A DNA stretch of 53,476 bases from an uncultured Pseudomonadota bacterium (GCA_964583525.1 CAZOXD010000010.1:1-53476); one strand, 5' to 3'; positions 1-10,331 are shown, counted from the stretch's first letter. The notes: generated by a model from the sequence alone, not told the origin. Numbers and translations: made by a program.

Positions 1-405
1 CCAAGGCTGAGTGGCTGATCGCGATGAAGGCCAAGCTGGAAAGCGATGAGGGCCGCAAGAAATACCGTTTGCGCAAACAGACGGTCGAACCGGTCTTCGG
101 GATCATCAAAAACGTGCTCGGCTTCCGCCGCTTCTCCCTGCGCGGACTGGCGAAAGTGGAAGGCGAGTGGGAGTTGTTGGCCTTGGCCTACAATTGCAAG
201 CGACTCCATCGCTTGCAGGGCGCACTGGCTGGATAAAAAGGGTAAACAGGCTAAAAAAAATCAGCCGCATTGGAGTACCGCATCGGTGTAGAGGAAAAAA
301 GGCTTTGGATCGGGTCGTTTCAGGCTCATGGTGGATCCGCCGAAATTTCGCGCCCGGAGCCGATCCAAAACGAAAATAATTAACCCAAGTCCGACAGACT
401 GCTAG
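1..405 (+). mobile_element. Right part of an IS1182-family insertion sequence, cut by the window edge
   Basis: Transposase C-terminus at 3-236, followed by the terminal motif AAGTCCGACAGACTGCTAG at 387-405, which ends in CTAG as is typical for IS1182-like ends and targets. Confidence 0.75.
3..236 (+). CDS. tnp: IS1182-family DDE transposase, C-terminal part (5'-partial)
   Basis: GRKKYRLRKQTVEPVFGIIKNVLGFRRFSLRGLAKVEGEWELLALAYN matches the DDE_Tnp_1_6-type C-terminal signature; the frame is open to the window edge. Confidence 0.9.
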   Translation, partial: KAEWLIAMKAKLESDEGRKKYRLRKQTVEPVFGIIKNVLGFRRFSLRGLAKVEGEWELLALAYNCKRLHRLQGALAG

Positions 406-997
406 TATCGATCCCGAGCCCCGGCTTCCTGATCAAGGAGGGAGATGGCCTTAGCGCCCACACCCTATCGCCTTTGACCAGGCGATTGAGGGACCCATTT
501 CCTCGACAGGCACAGGGGGCGATCTACCGGATGCCGCCTGAAGGCGCTCTACGACACGCTGCTGAGAGGGGAATCGAAATCGGGCTGGATGGTGAGGGTG
601 ACCGGAAGTGGCAGATTGTCAGGATTCCACTGGTGATCAGGACGATGGCTTTCGAGCCGCTCATCTAGGCTTGAGCCGCCGGGTAATAATCCTCCTTGCG
701 ATGGATTACAATATCAAAGTTCTGAACCCTAGCGGTCAGCGAGACAAGTGCATCGACCTACAGGCGAGACCATGCAGGCGGGCGTGAAAACGACGAAGAC
801 CTTATAATTACTGGTTCACTTGTTCGGGTCGAGCGATGGGAACGCTACCGTCCACTTTCGACTAGAATGAGGCGATCAGATACGATGGCCCAACGCGCGT
901 ATCAAAGGCTCGCAACCGGCGGGCCTTCTCAGTGGAGAGGCAGCTAAAAGGTCTATCCAATTACTGAATCCCGCCACCTTCACAACGTCAGATTGTA

Positions 998-3900
998 ATG
1001 CCATCCGAAAGATCATCAGTTCCCGTCTGGCTGGAAACCCCACCGGTCATCCTCCAGATCGCACCGCCCGTGCGTACCACGGCGCAGGTCCTGCCATTCA
1101 ACGAACTTGGATGGGAAAACTTTGAAAAGTTGTGCCTGCGCTTGGCACGCACGGTGGGGGATGTCGAGCATACCCAGTTGTATGGCACGCGCGGTCAAGC
1201 GCAAGAAGGCATCGATTTTTACGTGCGCCCGCACCTGGGAGATAGGTATCGAGTCTACCAGTGCAAACGCTACCGCAGACTCACCGCGGCGATAATTCGC
1301 TCCGCCGCCGATGCCTTCCTTAAAGGCGAATGGGCGGAGCGGAGCGAAACCTTCTATTTGTGCGCCACCGACAGCTTCACTAACCGTCGTCTTGCCAAAG
1401 CAATTGAGGACGCGGCCACGCGACTCCGTGAGCGAGGAGTTGCGTTGATTCCTCAAGGTCCTGACGAGTTGTCCCAGGAACTGCGCGAACATCCGGAAAT
1501 CGTGCATGATTTCTTCGGTCCGCCCTGGGTGCGGGAGTTCCTTGGGGAGGATATTGCCAATTCGTTTAAAAATCGACTAAGCCCCCAGGAGGTCCAAAAA
1601 TACAGGTCCGACCTCCGGGACTTCTGTAAGGTTATGTTCGAAATACAGGATCCCGGGGTTGATGTGGGGCTGCGATGGAGCCATCAAGAGACGCCCGCAC
1701 TCATTCCCCAGCCGGTCCCTCTTGAAAAGCGCTTCGTAGTACCGGACGTGGAGGAGATTTGGACGCAAAGTGATCCTGGCGAACCGGATCGCAACGCCGA
1801 TGATGGCCAATCCCCACCGTCGCCAACATTGAATGTTCCTGACTTTATCGTGAATGGCGCCCAAGGGTCTCCCGCGTCGCAGGCAGTGTTTAAATTCGGT
1901 CGAAGTTCGGCAGTGTCACGGCCCCGGCGCGAATCGTTTACCCGCCGAGTCTCTGCGCCTAACTGGCTCGCGCAGAAGGAGAACTGCGTCATTCTTGGGG
2001 TCCCAGGGAGCGGCAAATCGACCCTTGCCCGGTTTGTCACGCTTGATTTGCTGAGCGATGACCCAACGCTCCCTGTACTGGCTGCCAAATGGGGTTTGCA
2101 CCTGCCGTTGTGGCTCCCCTTCGCATTCTGGTGCGCTCAGGTCGCAAGGGAGGACGGTGAAGTGGTGTCGCTCACCGATGGAATCCAGCGTTGGTTGCGC
2201 ACATGGGACAGGTCGCATTTGTGGGGATTGGTCGAGAAGGCGATGACAGATGACCGATTATTGCTTGTGGTGGACGGACTCGACGAGTGGAGCGACGAAG
2301 ATGCAGCACAACGGGCGCTGGACCGCCTGTGTATGTTCATTGAGGAGCAGAACGTCCCGATATTGGCATTCAGTCGGCCACACGGCTACCGCCGCCTCCG
2401 TCTCGCGGGTCAAAGCTGGTCACAGGGGAGCTTGGCCGGATTATCCGTCGCCCAACAAGAGGAACTCGCCGGGCACTCCTTCCGACAACGCCATATCGCA
2501 CTTCGCACACCCCCAGGTTCGATCGCCGAGTTCGTGCACCAGGATACGTCCGCATTCATGGCCCAGATGGCGGAAATCCCGGACTTGCGCGAGTTGGCCG
2601 CGGTGCCCTTGCTCCTGCTTTTGATGACCCTTTTTCATCAGCACAACTTCCCGTTGCCTCAGAGTCGGTTTCGCGCCTATGCCAAGATCGTCGAGCATCT
2701 TGTCGCCATTCATCCTTCAAGTCGGTCGCGGGCTGCCCAGATCCAATCGGAACCCATCGGGCTTTCCGGAGAGGACTTGTTGCACGCTTACAGCCGGCTG
2801 GCAGCGGAGATTCACCTAAACCACCCGGGTGGAGCAATTCAGCGCGAGGGGGCTCGCCGTGCCATCTGCGACTACCTGCAGGATGACCAGTATGGCCTTG
2901 GCTACAGCAGACCGGACGCAATGCGCCTCGCAGAGGAACTGGTCCCCTATGGGGAGGGAACCATTGGGATCCTTGTGCCGAAGTCTCCCCAGGAAGTTGG
3001 CTTCTATCACCGCGCATTCCAAGAATACATGACAGCGCGGTGGCTCTCCTCTCGGCCGCTGAAGGAACAGCTTGAAACGGTGGTGGATCGGTACCCTGAT
3101 CCAACCTGGCGGGAAGTCATTCTTGGGCTATTCCAGATTTCTGGGCGTCCGTCCGATGTAGACACGCTTGTTCATGAGATTGACCAGCAACCGACCAATA
3201 CCATTGGGCGCCTAGCTCGGGAGGAGCTGCTGGCGGAGGCGTCATTTGGGGATTTCGGACTGTCCCCGCGCTCGGCCCGCACTCTCGCCGGACGCACATA
3301 CCAGTTGATCGAAGCTGATGATACCTGGATGCCTCATCGAACGCGTCTGCTCGGCCATGTCATCCCGGGTCTGAGACAAGGACCGTTAAGAGCAGACGTT
3401 CAGGGGAATATTAACCGTTGGTTTCCCCAGCGCACACGCTACCGCGGTGGTTTGTATCGAACGATTGGGCAGAACTGGCCGGCAACCGCCGAGACCGCAG
3501 CTATACTGTTTCGTGGTCTATTTGATGAAGGCTTCGGAAGTCGGGAAGCGGCCGCGGCCGCTATTGTTGAAAGATTTGCAGGAGATGAGCAGGTAGGGAG
3601 TGATTTAGTCAGGCTGGTGCGTTCGGCACAGGAGGAGGACGTACTCGCCCATGCGGCATTCGCCCGATTCGACGGCTGGCCGCCTGATTCGGACATGGAC
3701 GAGCTAGTTTCGGCATGCCTAGCCAACCCATCGCCAAGTGTCCGAGTTGCAGGGTACTTTGGGCGCATTAAGCAGGGGGAACAAGGGATTGCAGATAGGG
3801 ACGCCCTGCTGGATCTCGCGCAGAGCGGCGCGGCTTCTTACTCAAATTGGCGGGATTGGGTTAATGCCTGCCTGATTCAGGGTTGGCCGGGCGATACCAC

Positions 3901-5986
3901 CGTGCGCGACGTATTTCTTCGATTCGATTCTGGTGGGAGCCGCATGGACCGAAATAGCGCGTGGTGGCTGCTACTTGATGGGTTTGTTGGTGACGAGTAT
4001 ATCGCTCAAAAAATTGTGCGGGAGTTGCGCGAGGATCATCATCCTTTCCTTGAACTCGATTTCGTCTACGATTTATCCGATTCACTCCGCCTGTGGATAG
4101 ACCAGATTCCCGAGGTCGCGGCTGCATTCGAGGAGTTTCTCAGTAGACACACTCGCGATGATTTCCTTCGTTACCGCTACGCAAAGCTGGCGGCACTTCG
4201 GCCAACGGGCCACGCCAAAACAGTGCTGATAGAACAACTCTCCGACAAATATCGGTTTCACGCTGCCCGCGGTCTACTCGACGGGTGGGGCATGGAGGAC
4301 GGCGAAGTAAGCGCCGCGCTTGAACAATTGGCTTGGGGAGAACCTGGCCCTGCTTCGACAATCGCCCACCTTATGCCCCGCATAGTCGACGACCGGACCC
4401 ATTGCCACACGCGGCTAGTTGAGTTGTTGACAAGTAAGCAAACGGAGAGGCTCGACTTTGTAGTGGAGGGTTTGCTTGCCCTGGTACCAGAACCCGGAGA
4501 TTCTGAAATCCCGGAGCTTATTTTGGGGATGAGTCTCGATCCGGAGAGGTTGGACAATGAGACCATCCACGGGAAGCTCATTTCTGGATATCCATGGCAC
4601 CCTGCAGTGAGGGAACTAGCTTGGTCCAGTCTTCATGACGCAAGGAGAAACCATCTTGAAACGATTGCTCAGGCGTATGCAGAAGATGCAGAGATGCGTG
4701 ATGCTGTCGCGCAAATGGTTTCGTCCTTGCCTAATACGCTCCGACTCGCAATTGCCGATCGACTTCCGGACAGTGGCGACCGGCAGTTTGGAATGCAGAC
4801 CCTTGGCCGCTATCACCTGGAAACTAACGAAGAGATCGCTACCGCAGCTTCGATCAACTACCACCGCTTAGTTCGCAGTACCGGAACGGATGTACAACCC
4901 GCATTGGACCGAATTGCCAAGGAAATACAGGCTGTCGGCCCAGATTTTGATGATCGAAGGCAAGCCGCTTTAGCAGGATTGGTAGAAATTGACCGTCTAG
5001 ATACTCTCCGAGAGATACCGGAGTTATGGGATAGCAATGGGAAAATGGCCGGGTTGGGGATTAGAATCGACTTAAACGTTTCATTTATGAAATACATTAT
5101 AAGCCGGTGGCCGCAGGTGCAAAGCGCCTTCGAAGGGAAAATTTCGAATCAGTTGTTGGACATAACCAATGTTTATAATCTTGACGCCATCGCTCCATTG
5201 GTGGAGGTGAAGCACCCACTTCACGCCGAAATTATGTCTGTGCTTGAAACCCAAAGGCCGGAACACACCTCTGGCAACTTGTTAAAATTCCTGGCAGTCG
5301 AACGCCCCAAGAGTCGTCTCTTGTTGGATTATTGCCTGGGAACCGCCAATGTCCGGTCAGAACAACGCCCATCTGGGCCCGTGTATTTCGAAACACCGCA
5401 AAGCATTGCGACTTCCTTGGATTTGATCGAGGAACACTTCGCCAACGATCCAGATATCCTCCAGGAACTGGATCAGAAATATCGTCCCTTCAGCAATCGC
5501 TTCGACATGCTAGCCGTTCTGGTTGCTGGGTGGCCGCAGAGTTCACAGACGCAACGGATCATTCAGGAGACACAGGATCAATCGAAACCTTTTATTGTCT
5601 ATGCACGGACGACAGCTAAGCTGGGAGAGTCCAAAAAAATCGAGGAGTGGCTTTCGCAGGAGCTGAACGCTCCCTCGGATTTTCACTCCTTTCATTGGCA
5701 GGTGTGTGCAGAGCAAATCGTCAAGAGACTCCGCACTGACCAGGAACTAGCACGTCTTTTCGAAGAAAGAATCTTCTCCACACCCAGCGGGTTGGTGAAG
5801 ACAAGCTATCCGAAGCTTTTATCCACGGCCGGTCAATTAACTTCATCTCTTCGTGCCTGGTGTACAGAAGAACTGGAGCGACAAGTGAATTCTCCTGGTG
5901 TCCAGGAGTTTGGCGTAGATATCACCAGAGGCGAAATTGTATCAGTTGCGAGAGCGCAGTTGGAGATCCTTTGGCACGCTCAATAG
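998..5986 (+). CDS. STAND/NACHT NTPase with an N-terminal Mrr-like PD-(D/E)xK nuclease and a long helical-repeat C-terminus (Avs/bNACHT-like defence candidate)
   Basis: N-terminus WENFEKLC...YGTRGQAQEGIDFY...YQCKRY; Walker A GVPGSGKST; Walker B LLVVDGLDE; FYHRAFQEY motif typical of NACHT; 1662 aa. Confidence 0.85.
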   Translation: MPSERSSVPVWLETPPVILQIAPPVRTTAQVLPFNELGWENFEKLCLRLARTVGDVEHTQLYGTRGQAQEGIDFYVRPHLGDRYRVYQCKRYRRLTAAIIRSAADAFLKGEWAERSETFYLCATDSFTNRRLAKAIEDAATRLRERGVALIPQGPDELSQELREHPEIVHDFFGPPWVREFLGEDIANSFKNRLSPQEVQKYRSDLRDFCKVMFEIQDPGVDVGLRWSHQETPALIPQPVPLEKRFVVPDVEEIWTQSDPGEPDRNADDGQSPPSPTLNVPDFIVNGAQGSPASQAVFKFGRSSAVSRPRRESFTRRVSAPNWLAQKENCVILGVPGSGKSTLARFVTLDLLSDDPTLPVLAAKWGLHLPLWLPFAFWCAQVAREDGEVVSLTDGIQRWLRTWDRSHLWGLVEKAMTDDRLLLVVDGLDEWSDEDAAQRALDRLCMFIEEQNVPILAFSRPHGYRRLRLAGQSWSQGSLAGLSVAQQEELAGHSFRQRHIALRTPPGSIAEFVHQDTSAFMAQMAEIPDLRELAAVPLLLLLMTLFHQHNFPLPQSRFRAYAKIVEHLVAIHPSSRSRAAQIQSEPIGLSGEDLLHAYSRLAAEIHLNHPGGAIQREGARRAICDYLQDDQYGLGYSRPDAMRLAEELVPYGEGTIGILVPKSPQEVGFYHRAFQEYMTARWLSSRPLKEQLETVVDRYPDPTWREVILGLFQISGRPSDVDTLVHEIDQQPTNTIGRLAREELLAEASFGDFGLSPRSARTLAGRTYQLIEADDTWMPHRTRLLGHVIPGLRQGPLRADVQGNINRWFPQRTRYRGGLYRTIGQNWPATAETAAILFRGLFDEGFGSREAAAAAIVERFAGDEQVGSDLVRLVRSAQEEDVLAHAAFARFDGWPPDSDMDELVSACLANPSPSVRVAGYFGRIKQGEQGIADRDALLDLAQSGAASYSNWRDWVNACLIQGWPGDTTVRDVFLRFDSGGSRMDRNSAWWLLLDGFVGDEYIAQKIVRELREDHHPFLELDFVYDLSDSLRLWIDQIPEVAAAFEEFLSRHTRDDFLRYRYAKLAALRPTGHAKTVLIEQLSDKYRFHAARGLLDGWGMEDGEVSAALEQLAWGEPGPASTIAHLMPRIVDDRTHCHTRLVELLTSKQTERLDFVVEGLLALVPEPGDSEIPELILGMSLDPERLDNETIHGKLISGYPWHPAVRELAWSSLHDARRNHLETIAQAYAEDAEMRDAVAQMVSSLPNTLRLAIADRLPDSGDRQFGMQTLGRYHLETNEEIATAASINYHRLVRSTGTDVQPALDRIAKEIQAVGPDFDDRRQAALAGLVEIDRLDTLREIPELWDSNGKMAGLGIRIDLNVSFMKYIISRWPQVQSAFEGKISNQLLDITNVYNLDAIAPLVEVKHPLHAEIMSVLETQRPEHTSGNLLKFLAVERPKSRLLLDYCLGTANVRSEQRPSGPVYFETPQSIATSLDLIEEHFANDPDILQELDQKYRPFSNRFDMLAVLVAGWPQSSQTQRIIQETQDQSKPFIVYARTTAKLGESKKIEEWLSQELNAPSDFHSFHWQVCAEQIVKRLRTDQELARLFEERIFSTPSGLVKTSYPKLLSTAGQLTSSLRAWCTEELERQVNSPGVQEFGVDITRGEIVSVARAQLEILWHAQ

Positions 5987-6881
5987 TTTGGGCACTCTTC
6001 GAAGAAGGGAATGCGGCCCTTCATGCAGAGGCGATCCTCGAACTCCTGGGGGTGGAACATCTTCTCGGCCTCAATACGCGCACTCCACCTGGATCGTCGC
6101 GGCCGGTTCGAGCAACCAGGGCACCATCTATGACGTTAACGATGATATGACGATTTGGCGCTACACCGAGGATGGGCTTCTGGATACGACCTTCAACGGA
6201 AAAAGATACCGGGTATTCGACAGCGGGAATAATTATGACGCGGCACATTCCGTCAAAATCGATAACTCAGGACGAATTGTCGTCGCGGGTTTCAGCGGAA
6301 CCGACTTTTTCCGCGGAACCGAGATGGTGATCTGGCGATTCGACAGTGACGGTCAACCGGACGCGGCCTTTGGAGGGAATGGAATGGTCTCCTACCCCGG
6401 GGGGAGAGGATTCGCCCTCGCAATCGATGCATCCGGACGGATCCTGGTGGCCGGCGACATCAATGGCCATATGACGCTTTGGCGATACAACGGCGACGGG
6501 ACGCCGGACCCGACGTTCGGCGATAATGGGCTCATTACCTATGACTCCGCAAAAATGGGGTTTTCGGGGAGCATAGGAGCATCACTCGCCATCGATATCT
6601 TCGGAAGAATCACGGTGGCGGGGGAGGGTAACTACGAACCCCAACCCTACATCGATAGAGAAATGGTGGTATGGCGTTACCTGAGCGACGGCGCCCCGGA
6701 TGCCAATTTCAGCGATGACGGCGTCGCCATTTTCAACAGCGGCGGCACCAGCGTGAATGGCGATGGCGCCAATTCCATCGCAATCGATCATTCATGGCAC
6801 CCTGTTGTTACGGGTTTTATCGGCACGGGGACTTACGAAGTCAATGATGACGATATGGCGATCTGGCGGATTATTCCCTGA
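5937..6881 (+). CDS. Delta-60 repeat (DUF5122-like beta-propeller) protein, probably 5'-truncated
   Basis: Repeated units such as IWRYTEDGLLDTTF, IWRFDSDGQPDAAFG, LWRYNGDGTPDPTFG and AIDASGRILVAG. The first ~50 codons look non-homologous and there is no signal peptide. Confidence 0.7.
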   Translation: MYQLRERSWRSFGTLNSLGTLRRRECGPSCRGDPRTPGGGTSSRPQYAHSTWIVAAGSSNQGTIYDVNDDMTIWRYTEDGLLDTTFNGKRYRVFDSGNNYDAAHSVKIDNSGRIVVAGFSGTDFFRGTEMVIWRFDSDGQPDAAFGGNGMVSYPGGRGFALAIDASGRILVAGDINGHMTLWRYNGDGTPDPTFGDNGLITYDSAKMGFSGSIGASLAIDIFGRITVAGEGNYEPQPYIDREMVVWRYLSDGAPDANFSDDGVAIFNSGGTSVNGDGANSIAIDHSWHPVVTGFIGTGTYEVNDDDMAIWRIIP

Positions 6882-7113
6882 CGTAAGCAAGCCATGGTAC
6901 GAACTCGGGCGAGGGGGGCATACTCTGAGCGGCGGCCTTGTACTACCCCTGATGTGTGAACAGTGCGTGTGTATGTTTTGATGTCCCCCTCCACCCATCG
7001 CCGTACGATCTCGTCCCGCTTCCCCAGCCGATTTTTGTCACACACCACGTCACTCAAACCCGTGCAATGGTGGGGCAGTGCGTGAAGTGAGATTAATAGC
7101 GGAAACGCCGTCT

Positions 7114-7455
7114 CTATTGGACGGTCAGAACAATCCTCCCTTTGCGTGCCTTGACCGAAAATTTTCTCCCCGGCTTCGCCCCAGCCCTGGTTAGGGGTTC
7201 CTGGGGAATGTTCAATCCAAAAGCCTCGCCTTTTCCCCGTCTTTTCACTTCAACTGAATCAACTCGCTTTGCGACCTGATCCCTTCTGGATGGTTTAAAG
7301 GCGGGAACAGCTTTGCCAGTGGCCTGACTAGCTTTAACGAGGCGGCTGTTTAGCGTAAACGTTGTGTTAAATCCAAGTTCTTTGGCAATCTGTTTTTGCG
7401 TCATTCCCTGCTTCGCCAGGGATCCCACCCTCTTTAAAAGCTCAGTTGGTTCCAT
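7114..7455 (-). CDS. Small DNA-binding protein: N-terminal HTH-like part plus C-terminal AbrB-like swapped hairpin
   Basis: RBS AGAGGA before ATG at 7455; GMTQKQIAKELG (HTH-like); FGLNIPQEPLTRAGAKPGRKFSVKARKGRIVL (AbrB/MraZ-like). Confidence 0.55.
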   Translation of the reverse strand: MEPTELLKRVGSLAKQGMTQKQIAKELGFNTTFTLNSRLVKASQATGKAVPAFKPSRRDQVAKRVDSVEVKRRGKGEAFGLNIPQEPLTRAGAKPGRKFSVKARKGRIVLTVQ

Positions 7456-7652
7456 GCTTTCCTCTTTTTGGTCTGCTGGTTTTCTCCGCTTCTTGAAGAA
7501 CATCGTATCTTCGCCCGGTTATTGGTGAGCCCCTTGCCCACCCCAGTGCCTACCGGCTTGCGGCGAGGGAGTCAAAGAGCCTGAATTACTGGTAGTGACG
7601 CAGTTTGAATTATGGTGGTGGAGGAATCCGATGAGGGAAGGGCTTTAAGATA

Positions 7653-8096
7653 TTGCAGTTATTGCAGGCGGAGCGGCACACACCCACCGCAGGCTCCAAG
7701 CTCCCCGACTGGCGGAGCGTGACGGCGCGCGAGGTCTTCCCCGCGCTGGCGCCCCTGGAGGACTCGCTCAAGGAAAACCTCGCCATGCTCGCCGGGTACG
7801 CGAAGGGGGTGGAGACGGCCGTCGATATCGAGGCGGACCTGATCGCGGCGAAGAAGCAGCAACTTGCAGACCTGCAAAACCGGTTGACCGCGGCCTCGGC
7901 GCTGTTCGGTTTGGGACTCAACAACGCGGGGGTCTATGCGCTCCACGTCTCCGGGGCCGGGGGGAACGCGCTGCTCAAATCGGAGCTGCTCACCGCGACC
8001 GGGAGCGCGGGTCATGAGTTGAGCTTTTGCGCCGGCGTGGCCTGGGTGGGGGTCGATGGGAGCTTGTCGGAGGTGGCGGGGGTTTTGGGGGTTTAG
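7653..8096 (+). pseudogene. 5'-truncated phage tail/baseplate-region gene (HP1/K139-like) remnant
   Basis: SKLPDW...coiled segment (LIAAKKQQLADLQNRL)...VYALHVSG resembles the C-terminal half of the gene preceding the baseplate gene in HP1/K139-like phages (recalled similarity). GC-rich codon usage. Confidence 0.45.
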
Positions 8097-8761
8097 GGAG
8101 ACATATCGCCTAACTCGTCCCCTCGGTTTTTATCAAAATTTAGTTTTTTGAGAAGTGAATTTAAAACTGATTTTCCTGAGATACAGAGGGCCTTGATTCG
8201 TTCCATTTGATGCTCATCCAATGCGGGATGGCAGGCCTGAAGTTCAACAACAATCTTCTCGATAACTTCAAAATAGGCACCTACATGTTCGGCAATGTCG
8301 AGATTAGAAAACTCCCAATATTCTGCGGGAAAATGCTCGAACAAATTTCTGAAACCTTTATGAATTTTGATGATCGATTCTTCTTGTTCTGGCGTCAAAG
8401 TAAGTGGTGTCTCCTCAGCATACCCGGCCTTCTTGAGTCGATCGATACACTTGCACCAATCAAGTGCCGTGCCAAAGTCAATGATAAATTTAGGGTTATT
8501 TTCGCTTCGCACTAAATCTGGGTTTGAGCCGCGTAACGCAGCTAAACAGAATCCATATAGTGCTCCGTGCATCGCAATTACAACCCACTTCCAAGAAAGT
8601 GAATTAGTCGGAGTTTCAAGAAGAAATCGTACGCCGCGATCAAGATAGTCAATCGCATTAATTTCAGGGTCAACTTCAAATGTGCTTCGCAATTCAATCT
8701 CAACGCTTTCTCGATATTCAATTCCCCATTGGTCCCGATAATATCCATTTTCATCATCCAT
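8093..8761 (-). CDS. Hypothetical protein with a HEPN-type Rx4H motif
   Basis: 222-aa AT-rich ORF, predicted helical; WKWVVIAMHGAL segment and FRNLFEHF (R-x4-H). Confidence 0.6.
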   Translation of the reverse strand: MDDENGYYRDQWGIEYRESVEIELRSTFEVDPEINAIDYLDRGVRFLLETPTNSLSWKWVVIAMHGALYGFCLAALRGSNPDLVRSENNPKFIIDFGTALDWCKCIDRLKKAGYAEETPLTLTPEQEESIIKIHKGFRNLFEHFPAEYWEFSNLDIAEHVGAYFEVIEKIVVELQACHPALDEHQMERIKALCISGKSVLNSLLKKLNFDKNRGDELGDMSP

Positions 8762-8800
8762 TTCCTAACCCCCAATTGGCTCCAGGTTTAAGGCACCCCC

Positions 8801-8945
8801 ATGACCATTTTCCTTGAAGGCGTCAAGCTTCCCGGATTCGACCACAGGGTCACCGCCCAAGGCAAGATCGAGCGGAAAGACCTCTCCGGCGACACGAGCT
8901 CCACGGCCGGGGGGCACGGGGGTGGAAGCCTGGGATTCTTCAGGC
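8801..8945 (+). pseudogene. Frameshifted, 3'-truncated phage baseplate-complex gene fragment (HP1/K139-like)
   Basis: MTIFLEGVKLPGFDHRVTAQGKIERKDLSGDTSSTAGGHG, then after a frameshift in a G-run (G)WKPGILQ. This resembles the D(L/M)SGQ(T/S)SST...G.K motif of these proteins. Confidence 0.5.
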
Positions 8946-8990
8946 CACGGCTCCAGGTCACAGCCCGCTTTGGCAGGATGCCGGGACGGG
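8945..8990. repeat. Copy 1 of a conserved ~45-nt hairpin motif
   Basis: CCACGGCTCCAGGTCACAGCCCGCTTTGGCAGGATGCCGGGACGGG; near-identical copies at 28840-28885 and 30630-30675. Confidence 0.9.
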
Positions 8991-9022
8991 CATTGTTTGG
9001 AATTGCGGGGGATCAAAAAAGC

Positions 9023-10312
9023 CTACTCAGGCGCTCCCTGACTTTTCCTGACCATATCCAATCCTTTGAAAACATCTGCGGTCATTGGGGGATCCATGAC
9101 CTTCTTGTCTGTGATTGATAAGATTTTTTTTAATCGTTGTTCCCATTTTTCCAACGCCTCCCGTTTCTCTTTGTCGTACCTATGTCGATTATATAATCGG
9201 GTTACGCTAGTTTCAGTGTGGTTCAATAACTTCCCAATGATATTTTCGGGGACACCCTCCTCCCCCATGTAGGTGGAGGCAGTGCGGCGAAGGTCGTGAA
9301 GGACAAAGTCCTTCACCTTGGCTTTCTCGTCAACTCGTTGTTTTGCCTTCTGGATGTTGTTGATGAACTGTCCTTTGCGGGTTGGACTAGGGAAGACCCA
9401 ATCGGACTCTGCATCTTGATCCTCATCCTCCCCGTCCTTCTTTTTCGGGAGGGCCATGATGATTTCCAACGCAGTCTTGGTCAGGGGGACACGATGGGAC
9501 TTCTTGTTTTTTGCAAATTCCCCTGGGATAGTCCACCAGTTCACATCAGTATCAATATCCTGCCAACGCATATGAGATATCTCCCATCGTCTCTGCCCGG
9601 TGAGAAGCATTAGCTTCATAATTCCCCCGACATAGGTATTTTGTTTGTCGAAATTTTCCCACAGGATTTTGATCTCTTTTTCTTTGAGGACTCTATCTCG
9701 TTCTCTTTCATCGCTTGGCTTTTTCACCTGTTGACAGGGATTATAGTCCAATAAACCTTCTTCGATTGCCCAATTGAAAATTATACTGATCAGGGCACGA
9801 ACTCGATTGGCTTGAATAGGGGCAGGCCGCTCGACTATTTCGTCCAACAACCCTTTGATATCCCACCGGGTGATATCAGCTCCCTTCATCCCCTCCCATT
9901 TAGGTTTCAATTCTTTTTCAATTAAACGTTCATCAGCACGCCACTGTCTTTTTTTGGGTTTCGCGTGTTTTTCAATGTATTCATTCGCGATTGTCTCAAA
10001 TGAGGATTTCTTCGGCTTAGGTGGCTTGGTCTTGAAGTAATCCTTGCCTTTTTTAGCTAGCTTTCTAACCTCACTGGCCAATTCACGTGCATCAGCCAAA
10101 GAAAGGTCAGGATATGTCCCAATTTTTTTGTTGTTGAGAATATTAATTTCATTGGCCTTATCAACAACCCTGTACATGATTTTCCAAGTTTTTTTGCCAG
10201 ACGGGTAAACGTGAATTCCAAAGGAGGGATTTTTCTCGTCCCAATAGATTGTTACCCCCTTTTTTGGAGGGCGAATTGAGTCAAGAAATCGAACAGTAAG
10301 ATTTTTTTTCAC
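9023..10312 (-). CDS. int: Tyrosine recombinase/integrase with an N-terminal arm-binding domain (P4-like/DUF4102 type)
   Basis: Likely GTG start at 10312 (VKKNLTVRF); LLTGQRRWEI, HDLRRT, LLNH and catalytic Y in RLYNRH. Confidence 0.93.
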   Translation of the reverse strand: MKKNLTVRFLDSIRPPKKGVTIYWDEKNPSFGIHVYPSGKKTWKIMYRVVDKANEINILNNKKIGTYPDLSLADARELASEVRKLAKKGKDYFKTKPPKPKKSSFETIANEYIEKHAKPKKRQWRADERLIEKELKPKWEGMKGADITRWDIKGLLDEIVERPAPIQANRVRALISIIFNWAIEEGLLDYNPCQQVKKPSDERERDRVLKEKEIKILWENFDKQNTYVGGIMKLMLLTGQRRWEISHMRWQDIDTDVNWWTIPGEFAKNKKSHRVPLTKTALEIIMALPKKKDGEDEDQDAESDWVFPSPTRKGQFINNIQKAKQRVDEKAKVKDFVLHDLRRTASTYMGEEGVPENIIGKLLNHTETSVTRLYNRHRYDKEKREALEKWEQRLKKILSITDKKVMDPPMTADVFKGLDMVRKSQGAPE

Positions 10313-10331
10313 CAGGAATTCCCGAGAAAAA

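Noticed and set aside
474-668. 64-aa ORF next to the IS1182 end
   Set aside because: It could be a gene tail cut by the IS, but I cannot recognise a family or a credible start.
665-770. Minus-strand peptide DALVSLTARVQNFDIVIHRKEDY resembling a VapC C-terminus
   Set aside because: Too short and degenerate to support without a search.
7605-7640. TGGTGGTGGAGGAATCC as a reversed tRNA/tmRNA 3' end
   Set aside because: No T-arm stem can be formed next to it.
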